DNA of 64,000 nt. Origin: Lingula anatina. Its lineage: Eukaryota; Animalia; Brachiopoda. Every line of letters begins with the position of its first letter. Position 1 is the first letter of the stretch. Shown in pieces: positions 1-13,452 of this stretch. The position numbers and the translations under genes were made by a program. Under the pieces are notes generated by a model. That model searched no databases. It was not told where the DNA came from and saw only the letters and a list, made by a program, of their open reading frames with translations. Location of the stretch: contig CM120644.1 of assembly GCA_051362555.1 (NCBI GenBank), forward strand, positions 2,364,954 through 2,428,953. Reading direction: 5' to 3'.

Positions 1-1259
1 GAGACTTGCGTAATTTATAGACCTATTATCTGACGTGCGCATTGACGCTTTGGAATTTAAGTGTGCCTTTGGTGAGTGCTGTTACTAGGTTGGCTGATTC
101 TAATCCGCTATTTCCTTCTTGACCATAACAATGGGAAGGTTATTTTTACATTAAAAACCGTGTCACCAGGGATGTACATTTGCTCTTCAGAGTTACTGAA
201 CATTATTTGCATTAACTTTAACATAGGTTCCTACCATTGTCTAAATATATGAGCAAATATATCTAATTAGCCTTTTATGGTGATGAATTTATGAAAACTG
301 TAAATAATGTTTTGTTAGTCATATTTCACTAGTTGTTTTAATAGTCTCACTTTCTTTTTCAGCAAATCCGCCAACAACACGATCCTAACTATATTAGTCT
401 ACTGGTGCTGAATCATTGAAATTTTGATTACTCACTTGAATGAAATAAAGAAAGGATTGTTGCATATAGTTTCACCGTTTTAACTTCCGTCTTTTTACAA
501 GATATCCTTTTTTATCTAAACCATCGTTTTCTGACAACAAATTCGCATTGATGTCCATTACAGAAAGGATAATAACTAACTTTAATCAACGTCAACTTAA
601 GAAGGGAAGCGTGTTGTATCTATATGTATATTCACATAAAACTTCAAGAAGCTATACTTATTAACACTAAAATGATACTTAAAGAACTGAACAGTAGTGC
701 TACACTTTTAATCTTGAAATATTTTTATTTTCAAAAGAAATGGTCCCGATTAATGCTAATAAAGTTACAAACTGCCGTACAACAGCTTATGTTTAAGTCA
801 GGAAATGTGCAGAGATCAACTTAAGCGTTTCACACATTTAGAGTAATGAATATTTATTTGCACGGTCAAGTTTACAAGGGAGGACGTTCATTTTTCTGCT
901 CTCTGGCAAAACCACCACATTGATAAAACACCTTAAGTATGTCCGTGTGGTTTTTATCAACCATCACCCCTCCGTGGATATGGCTGCATCATTCTCTCCG
1001 AGGATGAAAGATTCGGAGTGCACCAAGCACTTTCCATGTGCATGTAAATAAATGCATCTTTTTGTAAATATCTTTTATAAAGTAGCAATTAAGTGCAATA
1101 AAATATTATACACTACAAACTAACTTTACGGCTTGACGTCTTCTGATTATTTTGATAAAGAGTCTTTTATTGATGTGTAACGTCATTTCGTTCAAATCAC
1201 GTCAGTTCTGTTTAATATTCATACTTTTCGTTTTAGTCTTGGTATCGGGTCCTGTGTCC

Positions 1260-2453
1260 TTAAGTGTTAAAATCCAAATCATTCGGAGGAATGCAATGCC
1301 CCTCAATAAACCACCTGGTCAGCTCTCCCGGCGGGTACCATGTCCCCGGTTCACTGAGGCCGTTTAATTTGGCACATAAATCACAGTATACATGTACATC
1401 TGGCTTCGAATACAGTCCAACATACTGCTTCTTCCACTCTAAATATTTAAAATACGCCGTCACATTTGCGTCCAAATATTTCAGGTATTCTGCTAAATCT
1501 TTGGGAGATTTAAAATCATTCGTATTGATGTGCCACTCGGGTTTTATTCCAACCCTTGAATAATTGGCGGGACCTCTCGTAACCGTCACTATGTCTCGAT
1601 CCAACATTTTCCAAATTTTTTCCGTGACGTAATCAGTTGAGATACTATTCTCAAAGGACAAGTAAAACTTGTAGTCCATGCTAATGTTGTCCAAACAGTT
1701 TTAATCGTCGCGTATTGGACATTTTAAGGGGCCACATGCACCATACACGCCAACAGGGATGTATTTCTGAAGTTCTGAGACATATCTCTCTCGTTGACTC
1801 CGTGTCACACACTTGCTGACCATACAGGCGACCATTTTAGTTTTGTTGAGTGCAGTTTTAGTGTAATTTTTAGTAAGAGGCCTCGATCGTTTTTGGGCGT
1901 AACCATATGGGAAATATATCGTTGAATCTCTCCGAAATGTGATGGTCCAATTAAACATCCCCGCCCAAACACCCCCAGCTTCTTCGGAATAACACAAGCT
2001 CTCGTGGTTCACCCATATCCAACGCTGGTGTGGCAATTTTCTTGGTTTACTCCCCAAACTTCTCGCTATAAAAACAATGGAGTCGGTTTCATAAGCTAAA
2101 GACTTATCCTCAGTGTAGATGCAGTTGTCTATTTTACAGCCAAGGGATTTAAAGACCGGCTTGGCGTAGTCTCTGAGGAGCATGTAGTCCCACCCTGGTC
2201 CTGGATACCAGAAAATTACCAGCTTATGCTTGTTGGGAGGTTTGTCAACTCCCTTAGACGGAAACGCTATATTTTGGCTTTCCTGCAATCTGTGTTTTGC
2301 TGCAGCTTTTGGGTAGGGGATTGATATCCGATTTTGTTCGTAAAATTCTGTTAAGTTCACAAAGATGAGTAAAGAGAAAAAGGATGAAACTATTATGATG
2401 ACGTTAGTGGCGACTGTGCATAATGATTTAATACTGCGTGAGACGTGTCCCGT
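1260..2453 (-). pseudogene. Alpha-1,3-fucosyltransferase (glycosyltransferase family 10), single coding exon, interrupted by an in-frame TAA at 1701-1703
   Basis: ORFs 1701..2360 and 1260..1694 are in the same frame (…GPLKCPIRDD*NCLDNISMDYKFYLSFENSISTDYVTEKIW…). GT10 motifs present: WIWVNHES, FNWTITFRRDS, YKFYLSFENS..DYVTEK. The frame stays open upstream of 2360 through a type II transmembrane anchor (NVIIIVSSFFSLLIFV) with no ATG; ACG at 2451-2453 may be a mutated start, or the start lies in an upstream exon. Confidence 0.85.
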
Positions 2454-2984
2454 GGTCTTAGAATGGACTGATGTGCCTGATACGTCTCCAGAGATTATTT
2501 CTTAAGGCGTTTGTATCTCAAAATAGAATATATATTGATCTTAATTTTTACTAAAAGAATTCCAAATCATTCTCTTTATTATTGGTGCTAGAACAGCCGG
2601 CCAGGAATACACTTTATTTAAACAAAACATGTTGGTGTTGCTATTCTTACCAAAGGGTTTCTGACTTTTGTTGGAGAATAGGGTATACAGCTGCACGTGG
2701 TGACAGAAGTATTGCAGCATTTTGCTGTATACTAAAGGTGAACAGTATCTGGATTTGCTAGGTTTTTCAGTTAGTATCTTATTGAAAACTGTTTATGTCA
2801 GTAACTTCACTACAAGTTTACAGGCCTGTTGTTTGCCCTAACGTGACGCACGTTATCAATATGCCAGTATAAATATTTTATAGGATAGCCACCATATCTC
2901 CATACGGTCACCAGCCTTCTGTGCAAAAAATGACAACGGTTCAGTAATCTTCCGGGGGATACGTTTGCTCAGACTTCAAGTACA

Positions 2985-3300
2985 TTATAGGTTAAAGCGC
3001 TTCTGGTTAATGGAGAGATATTTTGCCATTTGATTTCCAATCTCATTCCACACGTTTTCAATGGGGTTTAATTGCGTCTGGTAATTTGGCTGGCCAATTA
3101 ATCCAACCTGGCCTGTTGATGCCATGCCGATCAGGTCATGCTCTTGCAGTCCTGGTCTTGTATATTGTTGCGCTATTATCTTTAAAATGAACGGATGGCT
3201 CCTGTCCCAAAAATGTTTTCTACCGTAGGTATAATGTGTTAGTTCAGAATTTAAATGTAACGCACATGGTTTAGGTTTCAAGGCATCAACCCCAGTTCAG
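2985..3300 (-). mobile_element. Degenerate Tc1/mariner transposase fragment
   Basis: Frameshifted WPAK.PD / LNPIENVWNEIG at ~3040-3095 matches the Tc1 'WPxxSPDLNPIENVW' motif around the catalytic E. Confidence 0.65.
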
Positions 3301-4321
3301 CAATTCCTTAGAAACAGACGCACCCCCAAACCATTGTGGAACTGAGCTACTTAGCGGGGAAATACATATTCACTGGCATGTAAAAAGTAGATAGTGTTGC
3401 CATACTCTCACCTGTCCACTAACGATGTTAAGGAGCGACTACGGTATCGCCAGAAAATACGAAATGGCGCCTGCTGTGACCTGTGGTCCATGAAATAGCT
3501 CTTGCAGCCCTCTTTTTCGCCTTTTTATGGAGGCGATAAGTAGTTTCCTCTTGGCGACCAGAGTGTGAATTCCTGTAACATTTGGACTCCTTTGAATATT
3601 TCGTTTAATAACCTCAACCAGTAAATTGCGCAACAAGTGCAAAACTAATTGGCTGCACAGTTAAAATACCCTATAAGTCTTCTTGGTGACTTATGGACAT
3701 CACCAATGCCCTCCATCCTTCTCCAAACCCTATATACAGTCTGACAAGACACTTCATATCTGTCGTCATTACACAGTGCTTGGAGCATGTGCTCCAGTTT
3801 CCTCACTTATCAGTTTACAAAAGTGCACTTATACACCATAGAACAGTCTAATATGAAAAAGAAGTCTAATATGAAAAAGAAGGACAAATTGAAGCTACAG
3901 ACCCCCCCCCCCCACCATACTTACCCTATTAATCGTTTAACTTACCCTCCACTCTCACCACAGATAGCGGCGCCTGTTCACAGTTCTTTGGTGCAGACAT
4001 AGCATGTATTACATAAGATGGCTTGTCGTTCAAATGCGTATTGTGATAAGTTATAAATAATGCAACCACGGCATGACAACATTATGAGCGCACAGTATAT
4101 GTTCAGTAGGATTCAATTTGTGATATCGTTTGTCATATCATGCACACACATAGAGAAGTTTAGTAAACGATACTTACTCTCATATAAGCAAAATTACCCA
4201 GTAGCTTGCTATTAGCGACGGGGAGTCGATCCACCGGACATTTAAAAGATGGTCTGGACCGCTAAACCACCTAGCGGTCAGTGAGTAAAATGTTTACTAA
4301 ATAATGAAGACTTACGTTCAT

Positions 4322-4530
4322 GGCTCCGTAACTCGAAAACATTGCGAATTGCAAAAGCGATAACACCTTTTATTTCGAGGCTATTATATAGGGCTCGAAA
4401 ACATTGCGAATTGCAAAAGCGATAACACCTTTTATTTCGAGGCTATTATATAGGGCTAGTAAATGCCGAGTTATGGAAAAGAGGCGCTTGCGCTTGGTCG
4501 TAATTTGTGATGCTTTCGAGTTACGGAGCC
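4322..4530. mobile_element. Small inverted-repeat element (MITE-like) with an internal ~62-bp tandem duplication
   Basis: GGCTCCGTAACTCGAAA (4322-4338) is the exact reverse complement of TTTCGAGTTACGGAGCC (4514-4530); ctcgaaaacattgcgaattg…tatagggct occurs twice in tandem (~4332-4456). Confidence 0.65.
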
Positions 4531-6314
4531 CAGGTTGGCTGTTAGCTGACGGTAAGGAAACATTCCGTCTTGTGTTTTATTCTATCATATACGATGTGAC
4601 ATTATAAGCTTGAAATGTGAGCAACATGACTGACTGATTATACTTGGCGCCCGCATCATGTGTTAACGCTAAATTGACGATCGTGATGACTTCTAGGTTG
4701 AATCGTATCATTAATATTATTCAGTCGTACCTTTATGTGATACTAGGAGCTTGAATTAACACGCATAAGTTATTTTTTAAGTTCGAGAAATTAACAATTT
4801 TGCACGACTTCTGCAAGTGTACCTCCAATACCGCGAAAGCCATTTGGAGAACATTTATTTATTTATTTATTTATTTATTTATTTTATCTTTATTATTATT
4901 ATTATTATTTTTTTTTGGGGGGGGGTGTCTGTGTCCACAGTATGACTCCGTTGAAACAAGCAATGAAGGAGTATTATTTAACTCTCCATTTCAATATGTC
5001 TGAAGACCTCATACATACGGGTTTCCATTGACTAAGATGAGAAAATGACATATTTAATAAAATGCAAAAAAAGAAGAAAAATAACCTGATGCAGGCGGCA
5101 GTTAATGGCATTGGAAGTGACAATATTCGGGGTGTGTTGATCAAGATATATCGTCATCGACAGTGGACATCACTCCATTTGACATCAAGAGCAAAATATA
5201 TTGCTAATGCCTGTCAAAAAACTCATCTAAAGCCCTTGCTGACTGTATGTTAGAACACCGTTGATTAAATATTGGATATGTGTCGCTGCCTATTAAAATT
5301 TACTTGTTAAACATAGCGGTGTACTGATAATTGTCGGAGACCAGCGCTTCAAGCTGTTTGTAATCTATCTGGATATTCTAATAGGCAGTCTGTTTTTATT
5401 GCATACTGACAGGTACTTTACACATGGTGTTTCACTGTGGCTTTATGTCATTCTTGTCTTTAATAAACCCCACAGAAATAGTCCCATCCATGGCCTAATA
5501 AGATATTTCTGCGTGCGCAAGCCAACTCGACCCTCTGCATAAAAAGTCATCATCGCAATCAATGTTGCCGAAATGTATATGTAGGATGAAATTGTATCTC
5601 CCGAATTCAATATTAAATATTTAAAAGAATCAACGAATTCGTCTAAATTAATCAAGTCATTGTCGAATCCCAACTGACTCAATCCTGCAGTCCAGGGCTG
5701 TCTGTAAAACATAAATAAAACAGTAACATTTAACTCTCGTAGCTGAATGACAGAATAGCGCAGACTACTGCCTAAAATATATTAACTCACCTATGTTTCT
5801 TTGCAAGCACTGTCAAAACATTTGGTTAAAGAATGAAAAGAAGAGAAGCAGTCCAGTGCAGGTGGTATATGGCGCTTAAAGAGGTAGTATGCGGGTTGAA
5901 GATTGAAGGTCTATTCAACGTGTATTGATTATTGACATGGTGCATCACTGCTTTTGGTCCAAATATTAGATCGGAGGGAATGGTCCCTGCCCGTGCGGTG
6001 TCAGGTGTGGGTATTTATTGACCGGAATAGATAAAGATAAGACAAACGTTAGAGTCCGCTGATGGTCAAAAAAGGTAAGTTAAATTGTTTGTCAACAGTG
6101 TTGGTGAAACAAAAGAAATGAAGCACTCCATTCCTCGAGCGTGCTGAGATCCATGGCGCCTTCCGAAAATGAATGTCAGAGAAAATTATTATAAAGAGAT
6201 ATTTCGTTACAAGGACATTTTATGGTTAAAAATATTTATTTTGCTTTCTTCTGTATTGTTGACAAAATCTCTTTTATTCTACCAGTGATATTCATGTATT
6301 GTTTCAGGACTCTG

Positions 6315-6321
<7 letters not shown>

Positions 6322-6356
<35 letters not shown>

Positions 6357-7044
6357 TATTGCTGCTAGTATGTCCTACTGACAAAAATGATCAAAAAGGA
6401 ATTGGAGTTATCAACCGAATTTGTTGTATATGTGCGTGGGGGTCTATTCCCGTTATAAATCTCTCTCTCGGTGATAATCAAAAGACGGACAAGTCACTGA
6501 TCTTCCAGTAAAGTCTTTATTTCGTGAGTATAACTATTGATAAATATACTCCAAGCTAGTAGCAACTGTCTAGAAAGTAGCTATGCGAAAATAAGCAGCC
6601 TGGAGATCACTGTAGCCGACGATACTTTAGTCCCACGAAGAACTGTAGCAAATAAGTAAATAGTAAGTCAGTAAGTAAGAAGGTAAGTGTAGGTAAGTGT
6701 TAAAAGAGAGCCAGTGGTCTCTATTTATACCCTTTTGACTACCACGCCCAAACGATAGCCAAACACCGATTTTCACGTGATGTGTCTTATGTAAATTCTA
6801 TTTCCAAATTTCCTTTTAAAGGTGCTAAATGTATAACTCCAAGCAGCTTACTCTCTGTACCTCTAGAAGTTGCCTCTTTCTAACTTTCTTTGGTGCGTAT
6901 AGTAAACTGATCTATTTCTATAATTATAAATATCACTGATCAAATTATTTCCATTGCAGGATTCATCAAAGCAATACTCTGGTTTTATGATTACCTGATA
7001 CTTAAATCCTGAACAATATCTATAAACTATATCACCCACACACA
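6322..7044 (-). mobile_element. Possible solo LTR whose TG terminus merges into a (GT)n microsatellite
   Basis: Ends TGTGTGTGTGATAT / ATATCACCCACACA form a short imperfect inverted repeat; minus-strand TATAAATAG (~6721-6729) is followed by AATAAA (~6516-6521). No TSD confirmed. Confidence 0.3.
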
Positions 7045-7975
7045 TGAGAACTCAATCATGTTAAATTCTCCATCCGCAAGGTATACAGGCTGATAAATAA
7101 AAATCTTTACTGGTTGTTTTTGCTTTCTATAAGTATTAACTTTACATTCTTTTTTAACAATCACGCATAAATAAAATCAGTATCATAGAATCATTAAATT
7201 TCACACGTGCTTACTGCAGCAAATACATGATAATAAGAATGCAATCATTAAGAGATACAAGTACCAATGATTCAACTCTGCAAGAGTGATAAATTAAAGC
7301 AAATTAGTCCACTGGGCAGTACGACTGGTAGCTCTCTCTAATTATATGACCCGGTATACATAAACGATGCCCGTAGCTACATCGGCCACATATTTGTCTT
7401 CCTTCCGTATTTCCACTTTCTTCCAAAGCCCGTTGTCTTCGTGAATCTTCAGCCAGTCGTCCCAATTTTTTTAGGTGTTACCTTGATATAGCTTTGAGAA
7501 GGCATTCCCAAATATTTCACCCTCATCGCAAAAATTAAGAACCTACACCCGTTCGTAATTTTTATATTTTCGTATGACGTCATGCATACTCAGGTGCAAT
7601 GTATTACCTTATCTCGAATGCCTCCCATTACCACCTGTGAGTTCCACGAATGCTGATATTTGTTTACTAAGACTGACACTTTTTACAACCGAACATTGTT
7701 TCTGAGACTTTCATACCTGGCTTGGTGATTCTAATCAGTTCTGGAAGACAGCTGGCATCGACGTTGTTCGCCGCCAAACAACCAACTGAGACCACGCAGT
7801 CATAATATCCTGCAAATCATTAAGGATGGTATTTAATGTTAGAAAAAACAAGTGTTTTTCTACATAATTTTTGACACAAAATGCCATATTTAAGGCCACT
7901 TGTAATCTAGATCAAGCAGAATGCTACTAATAAAGCACGCAACATTTCATCTTCCATACCTTCCTATAGTAATCT

Positions 7976-7978
<3 letters not shown>

Positions 7979-8013
<35 letters not shown>
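7979..8013. repeat. (AT)n microsatellite
   Basis: Direct observation. Confidence 0.95.
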
Positions 8014-8018
<5 letters not shown>

Positions 8019-9432
8019 GTTACTGGGAATACCTTTCTGGTATCATTTTATTATTCTAATGCGTTTCATTTTCTTACAAACTGCATTTTGTTTCACCACA
8101 CCGCACGTTTTCAAGTTTAAGGCTTATGTTATTATATTTTATAACATTTGCGTGGACACGATTAGGTAGTTTCTCTTTCTAAAGAGTTAATCCAAATAAA
8201 CTATTTAAAATAAGTTAGCTGATTTTGTTACATGCATTGCTATACATTTTAGGACAATAATCCAACCCACCTTACTTATTGCAACATCAAAGGTCGTCAT
8301 CATTTATGCCTTTATCACTTTATGAAATGCTAATATTAAGTAATTCAAAATGCGCTATGCGATCGGTAAACGTATATAGTGACTCGGAACATAAGAGATG
8401 AAATTTCTTTCAAACTGTGCTTACGATTTAGGACACATTGAATGATGTGAAAAACCAGATTACCTGTTTCAATATCCAGTTTATTTCGTCCTAACAAATT
8501 ACAAATACTCCTCTTGTAAATTCCTTTCTGATTGGCTACATCTAGCATCTCCTGACATCCATCGAGAGCTTCCAGGTTTTTGAATCCAAGATTTTGAACC
8601 TTGTGGTAAAAAGCAACAACCTGTTTTTATTTGATTTAGAAGACTTAGGCATATAAACATTCAAAGAACTTCGCTTGATACCTTGGGTCAAGGTCCACCT
8701 CAAAAAAATTGACATTAACAAATAGTAATAAGGAAGATCGGGCATGATAGATTACTATTTTATCTCTACTACCTCCCCAGCAAGTAAGATACTGACATAC
8801 AAGCATTTAAAGCTGTAATTTTGCAATGTGTTTTTCTTTAGTCAGTCGTATCAATAGTTCGGTGCAGGATTGTGTGTTCAAAAACGTTGTATATGTACGA
8901 ACCAACATTTGAAAATAAAAATACATAAAAACCATGATCGACACAAATCTATTGGGTAGGGTTGGGAAATCCACGCCAATCCTTTAACGTTCCCATAGGA
9001 AAAAAATTAAAAACAGTGCTTTCTTCTGCTTTCTTCTAAACACAAAATGTTAACTGATACACATTTGCTTACAGGTCCGGCACGTGTGAGAAAACTAGTT
9101 CAGCTGCTCTGCTACATAATCCTTACTGTAAACATGGAACTGTAGTTTTTGTTTTTGTTTGTTTATAAATAATATCCCTGTTCAGGGGTTTATTCTTGTT
9201 TTGTGTGAAAATAATTGTTGAAAGACTGGAGTGAAGTTACCGCACCCGAAACTAAATCTACCTGAATATAGAATGTCTTCACACGCTTAGCCTACTCCCT
9301 AGCAGCGCCACCACGCGGTCGTATCTTAAACTAGACTCACACCTGTATAAAATCTGTAAAAGCTCATAAAACGTAATCAATTTTAATTGATAAAAAATGA
9401 CTTTTGGGCACACAAATGGTAACTTGATCCCG

Positions 9433-9750
9433 TTATTACCTCCGCCAAGGAGGTTATGTTTTTGGCTCCGTTTGTTTGTCCGTCTGTCTATCTGTCTGTC
9501 TGTCTGTTAGCAACACAACAGAAAAAGTTGTTGGCCGATTTTGATGAAATTTTCAGAAACTGTCAGAAGTGGGCCAAGGAACAGATGATAAGTTTTTGGT
9601 GGTGATCAGGATCAATAATCAATCAATAACCAAAAAAAATAAGTAATGATCCGATTTTGATAAAATTTTCAGAAACTGTCAGAAGTGGGCCAAGGAACAA
9701 GTGATCAGGATCATTAATCAATCAATAATCAATAATCAAAAATAAAAAAA
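9433..9750 (+). mobile_element. Truncated Helentron-associated non-autonomous element (HINE/DINE-1-like) in intron 2 of METTL27 copy B
   Basis: 5' TTATTACCTCCGCCAAGGAGGTTATG subterminal hairpin, followed by a (TCTG/TTTG)n microsatellite and tandem ~120-bp repeats (ccgattttgat.aaattttcagaaactgtcagaagtgggccaagg); this is the HINE layout. Confidence 0.75.
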
Positions 9751-11469
9751 AAACTTAATCATTATATAATGAAAATTTAGGGGTTAAACGGCATTGGGTG
9801 TTTTCTTTTAATGTTTGTTCTAAGTTCAAGGCTGAGCAAAGACAAGACAAACCTCTTTTCCGACCTGTCCAGTACCAGCCCCTGCATCAAATATGAAAGC
9901 ATCTTTGTCTTCCCCAAAACGTGAAGCTATGGCTTCAGCAGCAATTATTGGTCCTTTGGGTAGCATTTCCTGCAAATGAATTCGCGCTTTTTAAATATAG
10001 TAAAGTAAAAATGACTTGTCTGCTCTGCGTCAGTCTTGTGATAAATTGTACTAGACTACATTAATAAATAAACTAAACATAAAGAGATAGGGGTGCATTA
10101 AGAGTGCAAAATCATACAAAAAATGAAGCGTATTTTTATGAAACAATTCATACTGCCGAATCCTGGTCATAGTGTGCTGCCCATAGGCTGTAGAAATTCA
10201 AGTTTTCTTCCACGGTATTGATCGCCGAGTTGGCAGCATGAATCTTAGCCCATACCTCCGCCTGGCGTGTTGTGGACATTTTGAAAATGCCTGAAATTAA
10301 ATTGCACGTTTTTTGTTATGAAAATCCTATTCCATTGCATAAATAAATGAAGAAGGGTAGTAATTTCATGGGGTACATGCAGCCATTTAGAGAACGAAAA
10401 GCTGAAAACCCTTTTATTGCAGCCTGGGAGATTTTTTTTTTAATTTGCATGTGGGTTCAGTTCGTGTAGTTTATTAAATTGGCGTTGATAATTTATGTAT
10501 GAACAGGGTATACAATTTCGCTTCATAATACTTAAGAGGGCCTGCGTGTACTTTTAACAAGGCCAGAAAAAATGTCGAAGGGACAGCCCGTATAGCACGC
10601 ATTTGTTTGTTGAAAGAAAAACAAAAGTGATATATTTTTACGGAAATGTACCGCATGTATTAGTTGTTAATATCCACAATAGCAATTCAGATCTGCGCAT
10701 TGAGGAAGACCCGCAAACATGTATACCACATGCACGGACAAGTAAAATTATTGAACGGAAAAAAACCCTGCATGTTTCAGTGTTTTTACTTACAAAATGA
10801 ATAACTGTAATTTCACATAATGATAAATTTTGTTTACATACAACGTTTTCACTTGAGGAAAAAAAGGTTGAGAAATACAGGAGGCTAGGCTTCGTCGATT
10901 TGCAATAAAAATGAGGTAAGCAGCCTTTTAGATTTTTCATGAAACACGACTCAGTGACGCAGGGTGTTAATTACGTTGTTTAATAAACTCTAGTCAGGGA
11001 TTTTTTTCTCGGGGAGGGGGTGGGCTGATCTTAAGTAGGTGCTGATTTATCCAGAAGCAATTGTAGAATATTAATAGCAAACTGGGAAGATTTGGGAGAA
11101 TGACCTAATGGAGGCAGATCGCACTGCCTGTCGAATCCCAACCTATCATGAAGCCTTTGTACAATCCTTGGGTTACATAAGCAGTAAAATGACCACTAAG
11201 CAGCATCACGGATTCGTTACACGACAGTTGCAATTTTGCTAAAGTTTCCATACGGTTGGCTTTGGTCAGTTTAGTCTTATCTCACGTGACCAGTCTCTTA
11301 TCCAAACTGTAAAAAGACATCAAGTTCGTTGGTCATCACACATCACAAGTTTAGTTGAATTGTACTATAAGCTATCCCTGTATAGCCACTGATTTCTATG
11401 TCAAAATATCAAAATTTCAAACCCATGTATATCCAGTTCTCGAAACAGTCAGATAAAGCATCTACACTA

Positions 11470-11718
11470 TTAGACTGGGTTCCCATACCTAGATCGATCT
11501 AACAGTATCGATTTATCTCCGGTGGGTTTCTCGTGAAATTGCTTCCACCTTAAGCGGGTTAGATGCTGCAAGGGGGTAATTAATTATCATTTAGCAGCTT
11601 TATTGGACGTGCCAGCTAGATATCTAAGCCACTTAAGTTGATTGCTTTTTAGCGAGAATCCCCTAGGAGATAGATCGATCCACAGTTAGTATGATAAGGT
11701 CTGGGAATGGTCCCTTAG
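11470..11718. mobile_element. Hairpin cassette (MITE-like, Crypton-like ends)
   Basis: Subterminal inverted arms TTCCCATACCT / AGGTCTGGGAA, internal AGATCGATC motifs and central GGGGGTAATTAA shared with copies at 25.5 and 45 kb; TTAG at both outer ends. Confidence 0.65.
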
Positions 11719-12515
11719 GTCCAATACTGGTGCAAGATTTTAGTTAATATGGTGATGCATGAAATAAACATCGGTATTTAGAAGTTGTCTGCGTGTGAAC
11801 ATTACTTATACCAAATCAAGGTCAACTGTAAGATAAACTAACCAATAATTGCTATGTCATTTTATTTTCAAAAGATTACCTACCCCTATCTATCCTTGCC
11901 TCGATCCAGTCAAATGATGCAGCAATGGGTCCAATACTGGTGCAATATACGTCAAGTTTTTGGTTTATTAGTGGTGTAAAAAATATTGTTATTTGACAGG
12001 TGTGTGCGCGTTTATATATCAGCAATCAGCCATTGTACTGGCTTGTTTGAAATTCTTTTCAAAAGGATCGTGATTTGATTGGCCATTGCTGCCCATCTTT
12101 ATTTTTAATGAAATTTGCTAATTGATTGGATTCTTAACATTTCATTTGAGGAAACTATATACAGCTAACTTGGTAGAACATATTTGTAGTTGATTCAAAA
12201 ATGCTAAACATCATTTCTCTTTCCCATGGTGTATCATTTTCGTACCGTACCATAAAGTGTCCGATTTCTTGCTGCATCCCATGTTTTTTCTATGCGCAAG
12301 AAATCTAACGCTGAAACTGACATCATACAAGGTAAGTCGCCGAGGGTCGGGTCGACCATGGCACCAGACATACCATAAAGTGTAAGCAAGATTTTTCTCA
12401 TAAGAACAATGAAAGAACGAAGACATTCATATCAATAAAAAAGAAACATTTATTTCAAAATTGATGCCACAAAAAGTCCCGAACAACCCCCCCCCCCCCC
12501 AATTGTATCACATAA

Positions 12516-12840
12516 AGGGACAATAACTCTTCGTATGAGATCTATATTTCACAATAAAAACAGTGTAAACAACTCATAGAAATATATTCTGCTTAACCAC
12601 AAAAACGGGAGTTATAGCTATTATTCTTATATCTGAGCTTGTCATCAGACCACGTGACCTCCATAGATGGCTATACTCTGTAATTATCTCTTATAATAAT
12701 CTATTACAGGGGAGAACCAAACTTTTGGAAAAAAACTTTGAATGTATACATGGATTCGTTAACCATTTGTAAGTATGAGAAATTTGTTGTATACTCCGTG
12801 AAAATTCATTTTTTGACCAAAACGAACAGTTATTATCCCT
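12516..12840. mobile_element. Kolobok-like MITE
   Basis: TIRs AGGGACAATAAC / GTTATTATCCCT flanked by ATAA / TTAA; RR termini plus a TTAA target are characteristic of Kolobok. Confidence 0.6.
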
Positions 12841-13039
12841 TTAACAAATCGAGACATTTTAGCAAATGAGTAAAGAAATTCCCCCCATAGAAAATTACAA
12901 AATATCAAAAAGGGATAATGAAACACAAAATAAAAAAGTAGAGGTAAATCCAACTTTTTTTACAATTAATGAATAAACTCATGCGTTTAGTTTTAGTATG
13001 ATGCGTTTAAAATCTGAGAAAGTCTTGAAAAAACGCAAA

Positions 13040-13043
<4 letters not shown>

Positions 13044-13121
<78 letters not shown>
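13044..13121. repeat. (AT)n microsatellite followed by poly-T
   Basis: Direct observation. Confidence 0.95.
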
Positions 13122-13122
<1 letters not shown>

Positions 13123-13452
13123 CATTTTATTGCAACCCTAACGGTTTTCAATAGGCTTCACAACATGTTTTTTTTTTTTCTCGATTATATTTTACAGTTC
13201 TATTATGAAAAAAAAACAAAACTCCAAGTCTGCAAGGCTTGCAACGTCGCAAACTTTATTTTTAATCACAGATTCTCTATACAGTAACATGCATTGTTAC
13301 AATTATTTGCCTAGGTCAGCCGTCAGAAAACTACAAAATGATTTACCGCATATCAAGCAATGGGACGGTAGTCGATTGGTACGCATTCCTACGTTAACAT
13401 TTCTCAAAATGTACCATATACAGATATCACAGTGAAACTGTGGGTCTGGTCT

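Larger units (their letters stand above)
7342..10279 (-). pseudogene. METTL27: METTL27/WBSCR27-like class I SAM methyltransferase, copy B; exons 1-4 intact, last exon disrupted
   Basis: GT-AG exons 10154-10279 (MSTTRQAEVW…FYSLWAAHYDQDSA), 9853-9969 (…FIFDAGAGTGQVGKE), 8464-8599 (…NLEALDGCQEMLDVA…), 7717-7809 (YYDCVVSVG…LPELIRITKPG); lengths 126/117/136/93 equal copy A. The 3' part of the last exon (NWDDWLKIHEDNGLW…YRVI*, stop 7342-7344) is preceded in frame by TAA at an A7 run (~7466-7473), and no strong phase-1 acceptor was found. Confidence 0.75.

Noticed and set aside
1701-1703. Programmed stop readthrough or selenocysteine in the fucosyltransferase
   Set aside because: The codon is TAA, not TGA, and lacks a readthrough context.
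5443-5900. 89-aa ORF with nearby splice-like signals
   Set aside because: No recognisable domain or consistent exon chain; may be UTR or non-coding.
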